Source: Azolla caroliniana (lineage: Eukaryota > Plantae > Polypodiophyta). From it: a stretch of DNA of 64,000 bases. The stretch spans positions 6,262,001-6,326,000 of the forward strand of contig JBHGNT010000016.1 in NCBI GenBank assembly GCA_043228905.1, read 5' to 3'. This document shows positions 11,667 through 25,273 of this stretch, in pieces. A program made the position numbers and the translations under genes. The notes under the pieces were generated by a model. The model made no database searches. It saw only the letters and a list, made by a program, of their open reading frames with translations, and was not told where the DNA came from. Numbering within the stretch: the stretch's first letter is position 1; each line of letters starts with the position of its first letter.

Positions 11667-12502
11667 CTCGTTCGAGTCAAGAATAAACATTCGACCTTCC
11701 CTTCGACCACGAGCGATAATTCGGCTTTCCTTTTAAATAAAGCAACCTCCATGATTGAACCGGACTTGCATGCCTTGCTCCACGATCTAGCCGACTGAGA
11801 CCAGATTCTTCATTATAGTTTGAACATGCAAGACGTTCTTGATGTACGTTTGTTCGTCATCTTTTCCGAATGGGAAATTGCTAGATGGGGTGGATTATGT
11901 CATCCCCTTTTTCCACATAGTCGAGTCATTCAGACTCTCCCAAGTCTTGAAACCATTCTTGGTGAGACGTCATATGGTTCGAGGCATCTGAGTTGACAAA
12001 CCATACGTCTTTTGTGTTGGATATACTAATCAGGCTTGGAGCTGTCATAAAATTAGTCCAATGCCACATCACAAACATTCTGCCACGATCATCATAGTCG
12101 GAATTCAAGGTGAAGTTAGTAAGTTGTCGGCTTGTGAAAGCCAACTCACTTTTCTTCTTCTGACACTCTGCCCTCGTAGTGGCATAATTTGCCACAATAT
12201 CCGCACTGGATGGAGTTGTTTTGTTGGCTTAGTTCAACATGATTACCCCCCCTTCTGCCAGATGCTCCTCCTCGCGTGCTTGAGACATCTTGTCAGTACT
12301 AGAAGTTGTGCTCATGGGATTGCCCTTGGTTGTGTTGGCCTTGGCCGAATCGGCCAAATCGGCCGAATCTTCCACGATCGTGTCCCCTCCCTCCATCCGA
12401 GTTCAAATAGAGCATTTGTCCTTCTTGTACATTGCCTCTCATTCAGACGTGATTTTCTTCGACCAGTAGCATCAACTAAAGGTCGAATAAGGAGGGTGGA
12501 TT
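11667..12502 (-). pseudogene. Continuation of Copia A gag-protease in inverted orientation
   Basis: Begins NPPSLFDL..MLLVEENHV, then knuckle remnant, WFVNSDASNHM protease motif, GRMFILDS. Confidence 0.8.
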
Positions 12503-12740
12503 TATCGAATATGGTTATATAATGGTCATATTCACATTGTCCCTTGGACAAACTAGATTTAGGACAATTCTGTAAATATGTCAAAGGGCAGTTGCCCTAG
12601 CCTAGTTAGTATATAACGGGCTTTGTAACATAGTTTGTGGGGTTGTTCATCTTGGTTAATGCTGCCATTCATTTGAAACACTGAGCTTGAATAATACGGG
12701 CACATATTGTGTGGCTCTCTCTCTCTCTCTCTCTCTCTCT
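12503..12740 (+). repeat. Partial LTR-B, inverted relative to 1614-1946, truncated at the (CT)n tract
   Basis: Reverse complement of about 1720-1946. Confidence 0.8.
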
Positions 12741-12989
12741 TTGGTGAAAACACACAATTATATTAATAAATGTGTGTAAAAAACACTACTTATAATGGGT
12801 GTGACCATGAAGTATGGTCACCCACTAACTACACTACACTACATGGGTAATGGAACATGTTGAATTGCCAATATGCAAGACGAACATTCCACCGAGGAAA
12901 GGATTTCCACTTGCTCCAATAAAGAAAATTACCACATTAGTACTCCCTTCAACTTTCGTAGATATGCTTTCACTCCATGTCTACCATCG

Positions 12990-13733
12990 AATACAAAAGC
13001 GTTGCGCATATTCCAATTATGACGCAATCCCCAATATCTCAAAAATAGAAAAACAATCTCCATCTCTGACTTTGGGTCCACCTGTGTAAATTGTGCAAAC
13101 ACCCACTTTCTAGGTGTCAAATAACACCGTCATAAAACTTGCCAAATTTGAGAAATGTAACTCCAAATCTGAGAAGCAATCGAGCATTGTATAAATCGAT
13201 GAGTACTATCTTCCATTTGAACAATGCAAAAAAAGCAATTACCCATTGCTAGTCCACGACTCTTTAGAGCTAATCCCAAAGACAATCCTCCAATCAAAAC
13301 TCTCCAAATGAAGACCTTTGTTACAAGTGGCAATTTAGAATGCCAACTACATTGTAAGATTTGCCACCACCCATGATCATATTTGTGTAATCTCCATTCT
13401 TCTTCCGCCTTAGATGATAACCATCCAAGAGACTCAACAGAGCAATGATACAAAATATTAGTAGTCACTTGTAACAACGATGTTTGACCCTTTAAACACC
13501 AATCAATCCACAGTTGTTCTCTTGTTTGTAGAGGTAAGGGACCTTGCATCAATGGAATATTTCGTAGTTGTTGCCAAATAAACCCATAATTAGGCGGAAT
13601 GCGTAAAATTGTCGTGCTTCAACAAACTCCAAAATTCTTTGAGATGGAGCCTCAACTATATCTCCCATCTCTTTGACCCCTAAACGAAACAAAGGATTAA
13701 ATTGAGAGCGTAATCTCTCATTTCCTGGCCAAC

Positions 13734-13740
<7 letters not shown>
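12990..13740 (-). pseudogene. L1-type LINE ORF2 C-terminal fragment (zf-RVT)
   Basis: WHSKLPLVTKVFIWRVL...CFFCIVQMEDSTHRFIQCSIASQIW. Confidence 0.8.
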
Positions 13741-13786
<46 letters not shown>

Positions 13787-14294
13787 TTTTATTCTTTGAT
13801 CTTGCCTCCATATGTGCACTCGATGATCTTCATCTCAAAGTGGTGTTGATGTTTCCGCACTGACGGTCCCAGTTCCCAACACTTAGGGGTATCCAAACAC
13901 ATCAACTAGTTTCACAACTAGCTTACACTCAAGCGGGAGGCGAGTGATGAGATAATGTGCATAAGATTCATCTTGTCAATGATGTGTTGGTTTAATGGTG
14001 CTAGAGGACATAAGAAGGCTATCAATAACAATATGCATGCTTCCACTAATATTATCAAAGAACCTTGACATGTTAGTGTTTAGGGAAATAATATCATATT
14101 CTTTAGTTTTAACAACCTTATAAGGTTTGGATATTTTCAATCTAAACCATAAATCAAATGTATGTAATAGACATGGTCATAATGTAATTTATGGGGAACT
14201 ACCCTTTATTAGGTACGAATAGTCAATGGCCAAGGATTATAACATGAAAGGAACCCTTTAGGGTTTCCAACTCGTATTGTAAAGAATCGTGTGT

Positions 14295-14312
14295 TATTTT
14301 GTGCAGCAGAAG

Positions 14313-14350
<38 letters not shown>

Positions 14351-14441
14351 GAAAATTATAGAGTAGACAGAAAAATAGAGAAAATTGTATTAACAATGGA
14401 AAACAACTAACAATGGAAAATTATTTTGTGCAGCAGAAGAG

Positions 14442-14487
<46 letters not shown>

Positions 14488-14572
14488 TATAGAGTAGATA
14501 GAAAAATAGAGAAAATTGTATTAACAATGGAAAACAACTAACAATGGAAAATTATTTTGTGCAGCAGAAGAG

Positions 14573-14630
<58 letters not shown>

Positions 14631-14690
14631 GAAAATTGCAGAGTAGACAGAAAAATAGAGAAAATTGTATTAACAATGGAAAACAACTAA
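14295..14690. repeat. Triplication of an approximately 125-140 bp unit containing (GT)n(GA)n inside the A2 3' LTR
   Basis: TTATTTTGTGCAGCAGAAGAGGTGTG...ATTAACAATGGAAAACAACTAACA occurs three times; once in the 5' LTR. Confidence 0.9.
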
Positions 14691-16019
14691 CAAAAACAAA
14701 GAAGGGGAGAAGGTTCTTATGTAGTGACCTTCTCTCTATGTTCTCTTACTACAACTACCTCCTAGGAAGGAGGTGGAGCCTTAACTACCTAGTAACTATG
14801 TGTCATATGACTTAACTTCTATGACACATTAGTTATGGTACAAAGTGGTGGTGGTGTGTCCACACACTAATGGTCTTAAGATGTGTTCACACCATAGGGA
14901 AGTTAAGTTTAATTCTCAACACGCCCCTTCAAACACAACTTCCAATCGATGGATAGTCTACTTGGGTCTCTGGGTCGGCTTAGGTATTCAGCTCCAATAG
15001 TCGACTCCGGCTTCAGCTGGTATAGCCCGCTCACTCGATTGGTGGCTTCTGACTCCCCCCTCAAGCTCGGTCGGTCAACAGTTGAGAGTCCTAGGTTCGT
15101 CATGAACTACCACAGCTTGTCGGCTCCTAGGGCCTTTGTGAAGATGTTGGTCATATGTAGGTTGGTGTTGATGTGTTGCAGGTCAACATCTCCAGTCAAG
15201 ACACGTTCTCGGATGAAGTGATATTGCACCTCAATGTGCTTAGTCTGAGCGTGGAAGACTGGGTTTCAAGCTAAGTGGATGTTGCTCATACTGTCGCAAT
15301 AAAGGAGAATAACATCCTTGATGGGAATGCCTTTTTAGCCAAATAATGTCACATGTTGCCACGGTTGCGCCCCTGTATTTGGTTTCTATGCTCGACAATT
15401 TTATTGTCAACTACTTTTTATTGCTCCATGATATGGCTCTGCTCCTTCGGGAGAAGACAAAACTAGAGGTTGATCTTTTGTCGGCCTTATAGCTGGCCCA
15501 ATCGGCATCGGTGTACCCGTTGAGTGAAATTGGTGTGGCCGATTTGTAGAGGATGTTGTAATTCATCGTCCCACTTACATATCTTAGTAATCGCTTAGCG
15601 CAATCCAGATAAATGTCACGAGGTTTCTACATAAACTGGCTAAGGAGGTGGACCGGGTAGCTGAGGTCAGGCTGAGTGGAACACAAGTACAACACGCTAG
15701 ATTACCCTACAAGAATGAATGATATATTAAGAATGCTCACAATTACAATATCGATCAATTGTCGGTATCATGCTCGCTTACCTCTCAATACAACCTTGCC
15801 TTCGAAAATAGTATATCTATTATTCCCTCTCTCTTTACTCTCTAAAACCACTCGGTATTTTTAGGTTTCCCTACTTATTTCTCAGAAGCATGGCGCATTT
15901 ACAGTCGTTTTCTTTGTTAGGTAGTTTTGCATCTTCTTTGTTTTTTGACTGATTCTACTTTTCCTGTGTTTGGTGTCTTGTTTCTTTTCACACTTCTAGT
16001 TTTCCTGACCGGCCAACAC

Positions 16020-16964
16020 TTGGCCGACAAGGTATCGGTTCATCTTGTACTCCCAATATGAGAAATTGCTTGAGTCTAGCTTTTCACTAGGGAGCAAGCT
16101 ACCCATTTGTGTGTTCATGTTGATGTAGTGTATTCTTTTTCGGCTTTTCCTTCTACGATCACATACACTTGCTACGTAGCAACACTACGGTAGCGGATAG
16201 CCAGAGTTGTCGTCGGCGTCTCGAACACACAAACACGAAGAGTCAGATGGGCTTTGTGGATATGCTAAACCACGCGCTCTAATACCATGTTAATAATTAG
16301 GTAATTAACTAAGGGTTAATTAGTGTCTAATTATGTGAGTAGTTAATCACGTATGTGATTGACAAACGGAAGACTATGTAGGAAGTTGAATGAGAGATAG
16401 AAAAGAAAATATACTTGTGAACAATAAGGCAAATGGGGGATGATTAACACAAGTCTAGCTATATTTATAAGCATCAAGCTACAAAAATACCCGCAATGAG
16501 GCATATATACATCTCAAGTGCAAGGGTGCACAGGTGTGAAGAGAATATAGGTAGAAGGATGTAAATTCTATATTTAATGAACTTGGGAGTCACAGAGGTA
16601 AGCATCAAGCTATAAAAATACCCACAATGAGGCATATATACATCTCAAGTGCAAGGGTGCACATGTGTGAAGAGAATATAGGTAGAAGGATGTAAATTCT
16701 ATATTTAATGAACTTGGGAGTCACGGAGGTAAGCATCAAGCTACAAAAATACCCACAATGAGGCATATATACATCTCAAGTGCAAGGGTGCACAGGTGTG
16801 AAGAGAATATAGGTAGAAGGATGTAAATTCTATATTTAATGAACTTGGGAGTCACGGAGGATCTAGAATGTATCCTTACTCAAGTACAAAGTCCTATTTA
16901 CGGCTTTAGGATCAACATACTAACTAGATTCTTTTTATATAACTACTAAGTTACATAATTAACA
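16020..16964 (-). mobile_element. Fragment of another Copia: 5' LTR 16288-16964, Met-type PBS, gag start
   Basis: TGTTAAT...ATTAACA termini; TGGTATTAGAGC on -; gag-like LDSSNFSYWEYKM. Confidence 0.7.
16469..16860. repeat. 3 x 131-bp near-perfect tandem repeat inside that LTR
   Basis: AAGCATCAAGCTA starts at 16469, 16600, 16731. Confidence 0.95.
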
Positions 16965-18996
16965 AACTTGTAACTAAACTTAGTTGAGCTTGATATCTCA
17001 ACAACTTTGAAGGCGTTAGAGAAGTACTCTTTGCCTCCGTCCGATCGAAGGCACCGTACATGTTGATCGATTGCTTTTCGACTTCATTTTTAAGTTTCTG
17101 GAAGTGTGTGAACACTTCACTCTTTTGTCGCATAAGAAAGATCCGGGCGTGCATGGAAAAGCCGTCGATGAACATCACATAATATCAGCATCCACTAAAT
17201 GTTGCCGTTTGGGCTAGTCCCCACACATATGAATGTATTACATCTAGGATCCCTTTGCTTAGTTTTTCACTTTTGGGAACAGTTGTTGATGTTGTTTGCC
17301 AAATTGGCAAGCTTAACATACACCTGCAATCTCCTTCTCAATAAATGTCAAGAGTCTGATGACGACTCCTTTCGATTGCATTCCTTTGAGCTTCTAGAGA
17401 TTGATATGGCTGATTCTTTTGTGCCATAGCTCTATGTCGGCGTCGGCGTCGGCTTTATGGCCCTTGGCAAACAACATTGATTTCATCTCGTGAGAATCAA
17501 GGATGAACATTCGGCCTTCTCTTCGTCCGCAAGCAATAATTCGGCCTTCCTTTTCGATGAAGCAACCCCCGTGATACCAGACTTGCATGCCTTATTCCAC
17601 GTTCTGGCCGATCGAGACCAGATTCTTCGTTATGGTTGGAACATGCAAGTCGTTGTTGATGTAAGTCTGATTGCCTTCTTCGCCGAAAGGGCCATTACCG
17701 ACATGTTAAAGGGGTTGAATTGTGTCATCCCCTATTTCCACGTAATCGGGTCGTTTAGGCTTTCGTAGTTCTCGAAACCAATCTTCATGAGACTTCATGT
17801 GATGGGATGCACCCGAGTCGACAAACCATACATTTTCTAAACTAGAGGTGTTGGTTGGGCATGATGTCGTCATCGAATTCGCTCTATGCTACATCATGAA
17901 CATTCTGCCACGATTGTCGTAGTCAGAGTTTGAGGTGAAGTTAGTAAGTTGTTTGCTTGCGAAAGCTGACTCACTTTTCTTCTTTCGACACTCTGCCTCA
18001 TAGTGGCCGAATTCGCCACAATATTTGCATTGACCGAAGTTGTTTTGTCAACTTGTTCTGGCATGATTGCTCCCCCTTCTGCCAGACGCTCCTCCTCACG
18101 TGTTCCTGGGGTTGTCCTTGGTTGTGTCGACCTTGGCCGAATCTGCCTCTTCTTCCATGGTCATACCCTCTTCCTCCATCCAAACTGGTATAGAGCATTT
18201 GTTTGTCTGATGTATTGCCTCTTGTTTGAACGTGATTTTCTTCAACCAGCAGCATTGACTGGAGATCAAAGAAGGAGGGAGGGTTCTCCCTTGCGAGGAC
18301 GACCGATCTTATTGCATCGAATCGGGGTGCTAGGTTGTCAAGGCATATCTGCACCATTTCATTGTTGTCAATGTTGACATTGATCGACCTGAGGGAGTCA
18401 CATAGCTCCTTGATCTTCAAGGTGTAGCTTCCGATTGACATATCCTTATGTTGGATACTATTCAACTTTTGTCGGAGTTGAAGTTTTTGTGCAGTTGTGT
18501 TCACCGCGAATATCTTTTTGAGGTTCCCTCATGCCTCCTTTGGCGTTTTGGTTTCTTGGATGTAGCCGAGCATGTGATCATGAACGCATGATGCAAGGTA
18601 GTACAATACATGGTTTGCCGCTTGCTCCCATGCGGAGTAGTCGGCATGTGTTGGGTTGGGCTGATTTTCCTAAGCTCCTTCGATGTAACCCCAATACCCT
18701 TGGCCGACAAGGTATTTGTGCATCTTGTACTCCCAAGATGCGAAGTTGTTTCTATCAAGTTTCTTGATAGGAATAACACTTCCCATCTGAGCATTCATGA
18801 TGGTTGACTTGTTTGGAGCTAGTTTTCTTCTTCTTCTTCTCTGAGATACGAACTGTGCAGATTGTTGCTACAATTATCGGTTGATTCTTTGTGAACGTCG
18901 ACGTAGGCACAACACATGCAGATGGGCTTGGATCAAGCTACCAATCGCTTTGATACCATGTAAAGAATCAGTGTGACTTTGTGCAGCGGAAGAGAT

Positions 18997-19038
<42 letters not shown>

Positions 19039-19262
19039 GACATGCCCAGATGGATGTAGCTTAAATGGTAAGGTTGCCCAATGGAGACCAGGCGGTCATG
19101 GGTTCAACCCCTACATTCCACAGTGGCATCTAGTGAATTAAGATATATGTATGGAGTATATAACAGAGAGGTGAGTAAAATTGGGTTTCGAACCCAAGGC
19201 ATAATGACTTGTACTGTAACACTTTACCAATAGGGTAAGCTAATTACAATAATAATATAAAA
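19039..19262 (+). mobile_element. Approximately 220-bp SINE-like insertion with two convergent tRNA-like modules, in the (GA)n tract of the A2 5' LTR
   Basis: +: TAGCTTAAATGG...GGTTCAACCCC; -: TACCCTATTGGT...GGTTCGAAACC; AAT-rich end; absent from the sister LTR. Confidence 0.6.
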
Positions 19263-21199
19263 GAGAGAGATCGGGAAAAATACATAGTAGACAAAAAAAT
19301 AGAGAAAACTATATTAACAATGGAAAACAACTAACAACAACAAAGAAGTGGAGAAGGTGCTTATGTAGTCATCTTCTCTCTATGTTCTCTTACTACTGAT
19401 GGTGGTGTGTCCACACACTAGTGGTCTTAGGATGTGTTCACACCATAGGGAAGTTGAGTTTCATTTGCAACACGTATAATTGAGCAAGGTCTCCCATGTA
19501 AAATGCACCTTTGGGTGCCACAACTATGGGTCTACCTTTTGGTCCTCATTCTCTCCTCTTTGCATCCACTAAGAGATGCTTTCCTCCATGTGACTTTGTC
19601 ACATTCATTAATCGTGATACAAATGTTTTTATAATTAGTAATTATCTACTTAATTGAGATACCTAGTAATATTCTTATGTATTGATTATCCATTTAATTA
19701 ATGCTAATATATTTCTTAAATAGCAAAGTGATTGCATGTGTGTTAATTTTAGATTCACTTAAGAAGCTTTTAAGGTTTCCACAATTGTGTGAAGTGGAGA
19801 GGTAAATTGTTCTATGTGTTGACATATGTTATGATCTTTGTCATTGGGTAGTGACGTCTCCCAATCCTTCAATTAGCCCACTGTGAGGAAGGCGACTCCT
19901 TAGTATTCAATAGTGACCCTTTGAAAGTGCAACACACTTAAGGCATGACTTGTGTCGTCTCCTTAGGGAAAACAAATAATAGAGCAATGCATGCAGGTCT
20001 CCTCTAACAATCATGGGCATAGTATGAACCATACATACCATACGTGCATTCGCATATGAGAATGTTTCAATCATTCGAGTACGATAAACACCCTCGAAGT
20101 ATGGTAAATACCATACTTTTGTATTCATTATTTATTATAAAATAAATTTTTTTAAGGTAAAAAATGTTAAAAAAAACATAAGAATGATTTGATAACATAC
20201 ACATTTATATGAAAAAGAATGTTTGCCAATGCATTCGAGTATATTAAGTACTATGATCACAGGAGCTTCACCATAGAGCTCAAGGATAGGGGCAATTTGG
20301 CTTTTGTAGAAGAAGCGAAGGGTGGACTTCATTGTTGATGACAAACATGGTGAAATCCACGATGTTTGTCTGAGGGATTGTTGTTCAAATGATGTTACGA
20401 CACAAGAATATTGTCTAATGCATAAGTCAACTATCTTTTGTATTCAAAGATGTTTTCCATATGAAAACACACTATTATAATCTCTCACCCATAAATAAAA
20501 TAGAAATTAAATTTTAAGGTTTGTATTCATCATCGCTTTCGTCGCAACTACTCTTGTATATATTGATAGTATTTGTGAACATGTTTATGGTTCCTCGCTA
20601 AACGGTGTCGTGAAGAAAACCGTCCCTAGGCGGAATCCGAGTTTAGCATGTGTAAACTTGCTCTTACACGCGAGCACACTTTTCGTTGTATGGTAAGTAG
20701 GTAGGTACAAGTCGGCTGAGGTGAAATCCTAGGTAGCACGCATTCAATAGGGAGAGAATCGAGGTGTATCTCTGTCCGAATGGACAGAGAATTAATGTGA
20801 TGTAACGGATGATAACGGCCTCCCTCCTTGAGCTATAAAAGAGATGGAGAGGAATGAAAAAGGGATCACGCATAAGGGAGGAGGAAGTGTTGCAGGACCG
20901 GGTGCCGAGCTCTCTCATCTCCTCTGATCGTCGGACTCTGTGGGGTCGGGAGTTCGCTGCCTCTGCTTCGTGGACAGCCCATGCGCTTCCAGCAGAGGCT
21001 CTCCCCTTTTTTTTTTTGTTTCTTTGAGTCGGGTGTGTTCTGTCGGTGTGCGTGAGTAGGATCCCCGTGTCGGGTCCATCGCCGCCTTGCCGGTTGTAAT
21101 CGTCAAAGTTTGCAATCTCTGAATATTGTAATCTACTGTTACTGTAATTAAGTGTGTTGTTGGTCTCTCTTTCCTTCTCCCAGTTGCGTGTCTACAAGA

Positions 21200-21256
<57 letters not shown>

Positions 21257-21357
21257 GGTTCAAGGCCCCCGTGGTCCCGCCTCTTTCTACACGCACGCGC
21301 GTAACAACGCGACAAATTTGGTGAACCCGACATGAAAAGGCGGCAAAGGAGTCAAAG

Positions 21358-23493
21358 ATGAGGGGATTAGAGCTAGCGGAGGCAATGGCGGTAGCCGTCA
21401 ACCGGCTGGTAAGCGCTTGTGAGGGGACGGGTACCCTCGACAGAACCGTTGAATCGATCGGCGGCACTATAGGCCGGTTCGGAGGGAAAGACGCCACAAG
21501 TTATTTGGAGGCATACCGGGCTGAAATGATCATGAGGGATATCCCGGTGGACATGCGGTTGTCCGGATTCCCTCGGGTGGTGATGTCGAGCATCCATGCG
21601 GAGGTGCTCGAGGTGTTGGCCGGATGCCAGACTTGGGAGGAGTTCGAGTTGCAGCTCCTCGAGAAGTACGGGTTTGACGACTCGCTTCGGCTGTCGAGGC
21701 GGGACTTCATGGCGTGGGTGGAAAGCCCCGGAAAATGGAGGAACACGTTGGCGCTCCTCCAGGAATTCAAAAAACGGTTTGCGCAGCTATCGACGCTGGA
21801 CCGGACCGTGCTCGAAACAAGTCGAGTACTACTGTTTGTCAAGTTGGTGGACACGCTCGACAAGGAAAAGGTGGGTCCCCTATTGGAAACAGATGAAGGG
21901 CTCACGGTAGACTAGGCCGTGGTAAGATGGATATGCAGCCGTTTCGACAAACGGCGCGATTGGAGCGACGAAAGCTCGTCGGGGTCAGGGCCGGTCCCAG
22001 CGAGGAGGCTCGAGGAGCCGGTATCGGTGCCGAGTGGTTGGAAGGAAGAGACCCGAATCTGGCTAGAGTCGGGGTCGGCATCAAATGACGTGGTCAAAGG
22101 CCCATCCGGAGGAGCGGCTCTGGAGGAGCTAACACAAATGGTGCGCGACCTGTAGATCGCACAGGCCCGGAGAGACAGCGGCGAACAACCTCGCGACCGG
22201 AGGCCACCGGCTGGGCAGTGGTGCATGTGGTGTGACGCGATCGGTCACATTCGGAAGGATTGCGCGGATTTCGCCGACGCACTTAGGGCCAACGTGGTGT
22301 ACCCCTGGAACGGGCGGGTGCACGCGAGCGAGACCCGGAGAGCCCTAGAACTGAATACGGGGCGCAACGAAATGAAGAGGTTGATGGAAGAGGCCGCGGC
22401 ACGGCATGTAGAAGCCGTTACCTACTCAGTGTCAGCGGGAATTCGGCTCGGGGGTGACGAGTCCCGAAAGGTGAAGGACTCCAGATTCTGGCCGCTAGTG
22501 CTAGAAGGCTTCTCCGGATTTCGGCTGAAGAAGGAAGAGGCGAACCGCGCGGAACAGCGGGTCCAGGAGGTCACCGAATGGGACGATCCGGTCGAAGAGA
22601 AAACGGGCTTCGTAGAAGCCGCTTGCCAGAATTACAAGGTTCTGGTGGAAGACAAACGAGCAGGAAAGGTCGGGGGGGTGGGTCCCCCGCAGAGGTATGA
22701 GACCCAGTTCGGACCGAAACCGACCGGTGCCGGCAACCCAAGCGCGCCGGACGGAAAGAAGCAGGCGGGGTTTCGGTTGAGCACCGAAATCAAGAGAGCA
22801 ACGGACCTACGAAAGGTCCTTGAAGAGCGGATCCTCAACAGTAAAGTGGAGCTGTCGTTGCGGGAGGTGCTGGGAATCGCCAAGAGGGAGTTCCACGACT
22901 CCATTGTAGACTTGGTGAAGCGGAAGAGGCTCTCGACGGAGCCAGAACCGGAGAAGCCGGTCGAGGTGCGGACTACGCACTTAGAAGACGCGACCCTAGA
23001 AGATGAGTTGGCGGAAAGCCACTACGCGAACCCGCATTGGGCCAGGGCAACTACGGAAACCCCTGTACGGATCGGCGACGTTCCGGAACCGGTGATGGCC
23101 TTGGTAGACCATGGATCCGAAATCAACCTGATGTCCATGGATTTCTACAAGGGGGGTAAATGGCCGATCAACACCAAGCACGGGTGGAAGATACGCGCAG
23201 CGACACGTGCTACGGAGGAGCTGCATGGGGCGTGGCTGTATATACGCATAAAGGTCGGTGACTTCAAGATAGATCAACATTTCTTCGTGTAGGAAACATC
23301 CTCGCAGCCAGTGATTCTCGGTGAACCATACATTACGGCAGCGCGCATGGAGACGAAAGTGTTGGACAACGGTTCGGCGTACGCACGCGTTAAGAGCTAG
23401 GACGGTCGGCATTCTGTCCAATTCATGATCGTACGACCGAACCATGAGAGGAATCGTGAGACCCTCGGCGGCGGCGGCTGAGGGGATTTTTAG
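21358..23493 (+). pseudogene. gag: E1 gag-protease with in-frame stops
   Basis: Collinear with E4 gag; CMWCDAIGHIRKDC knuckle; ALVDHGSEINLM protease; ends GATTTTTAG. Confidence 0.9.
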
Positions 23494-23982
23494 AGAGGGC
23501 TATCAAGGCATGGGGCCACGGTAGTCCAGACGTACCAGAAGAACCCCACATCTGTACCATAGGTAGGAAATTTTGGTTCTCCGACAACGGAGGTTGTACT
23601 ATGGCCGGCGTCAACGGCCGGGAAAGGAAGCGAGCGGAGGAGCGGCTCAGGGGATGCGGAGTCCTCTCCCCCGACGAAGAGATCAGCGAAGCCGTGGAGG
23701 CGGTCTCTTTTGACGACACCTTGGGCGAGTTGCGAAAGGTGATCGGTGAAGACCTTAGAGAACCGGACCGTTCCGGTAGGATCAATGGGAATGTAGGAAG
23801 TCATCACGGACTTCGGGGAAAGGATTGGGTTGGATCGGACGGCCCGCGTCAGTACAAAGTACAAGACTATGGACCGGAAGGTAAGGCCGGTCGCGGCACC
23901 CTTGCCGAAGGGCAACGAGGAGCGAATAAAAGGGGTTGCGTCGGACCCAAGTTTACGGAATCCGGCTGGCATAGGGCACCGG
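23494..23982 (+). pseudogene. pol: E1 pol, 5' part up to the E2 insertion
   Basis: TKYKTMDRKVRPVAAPLP...AGIGHR; resumes at 42513 (RFTDITLRELKVGG). Confidence 0.9.
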
Positions 23983-25273
23983 TGTCGCGTTATTACGCGC
24001 GTGCGTGGAGAAAGCCGGGACCACGGGGGTCTTGGACTAGGGAGTGATGGAGTGTAGGAAGTCGTGCTTCACCGTCTCCGGGGCATCCCAGAAGCACAGC
24101 GGAAGCAACCGAAGAGAGAGAGAGAGAGAGAGAGAGAGACAGTTTAACACCGACTCACGCACACACACTCACACACACACACACAGGCCAACCCGACTCA
24201 CACCCTTAAGTACAGGAAATGCAGGAAGGGGGAAGCACCCGACACCAACGAAGACGCAAATATACACAGACAGACGCAAACGTATATATATATATATATA
24301 AAGAAGAATACATTCCCGGCGTCGAGCCGGCCCGAGGTAGGTTACAGTAGTCGTCAGCTGCCAAGCCGCCGGTCGGGGAGCTCACGGGCTCGTCGCGCTG
24401 TCGAGATATTACGCAAGTGCGTGTGGAATCGAGGCGGGACCGCGGGGGTCTCGAACCAAAGAGCAAGCGAGGGAGGAGAAAGAGAGAGAACCGGCTACGC
24501 AGGACCGGGGATACACAGGGACACGGCCCTTCAACACGGAGAACGCGAACAGACACCGACACAGACAGATGCGAATGACTAAATATGTATATTAACAAAA
24601 TGGCTAACACGACTACAACCCTCGATGGGGCACAGGTTGGTTACAACCGAACAGGCCGGCGAACAGATGCCGATGCCTGTTCGCTTCGACGCACAAAAGG
24701 GGGGGGGGGGGGGTAGCAGGTCGGAGGTGCTGCCGGAAGCACTCGGGCGTTCCTCGAAACAGCGCGAGCCTCCTCGGAACCCTGCACAGAAAGCTATGGA
24801 GCTCAAGAAGGAAGGAGACAGAGGGAGGAGCGTCCAGAAACGGTCCGACAGCACTTCGTCCTCTCAGCCCGGGGATCCCTGCAACAGCTCTTTCCTGCTC
24901 CTTATATAGGCCGACGAGCAGGCCGTCATGTAAGCTTTATTCCCTGTCCCTTTCGAACAGGGATCCGCTCCGTTCTTCGCGCATCCGCGTAGTTACGCCG
25001 TCGATTCGTACAGTTCCTTAGCTCGCGCGCGCGACCGAAAAGACTGTTCGCGCAGTCTTTGTCTCCACTTGTGTTAGGGCCCGTTCCCACCGATTATCCT
25101 CCTAATTCGCTTCTATGTACAACTTGGAGCGCGTGCGCGTGAAGAACCGGTTCCCACGCCTTGGTGCGCCGATTCCGCTTATGGACGGTTTTCTTCACGA
25201 CATCCGCCCCCGCCTAACCGCGCATCCTCCGGTATGCGCCAAGAGAGTTGGGACGGAGAAAACCGGCCCGTCT

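Larger units (their letters stand above)
14278..19472 (-). mobile_element. Copia family A copy A2, internally deleted, 5-bp TSD CGTAT
   Basis: LTRs 14278-14921 and 18959-19472; PBS TGGTATCA at 18951-18958; PPT at 14922-14930; gag, protease, GAG-pre-integrase (LWHKRISHINL) and RT/RNaseH remnants; CGTAT at 14273-14277 and 19473-19477. Confidence 0.9.
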
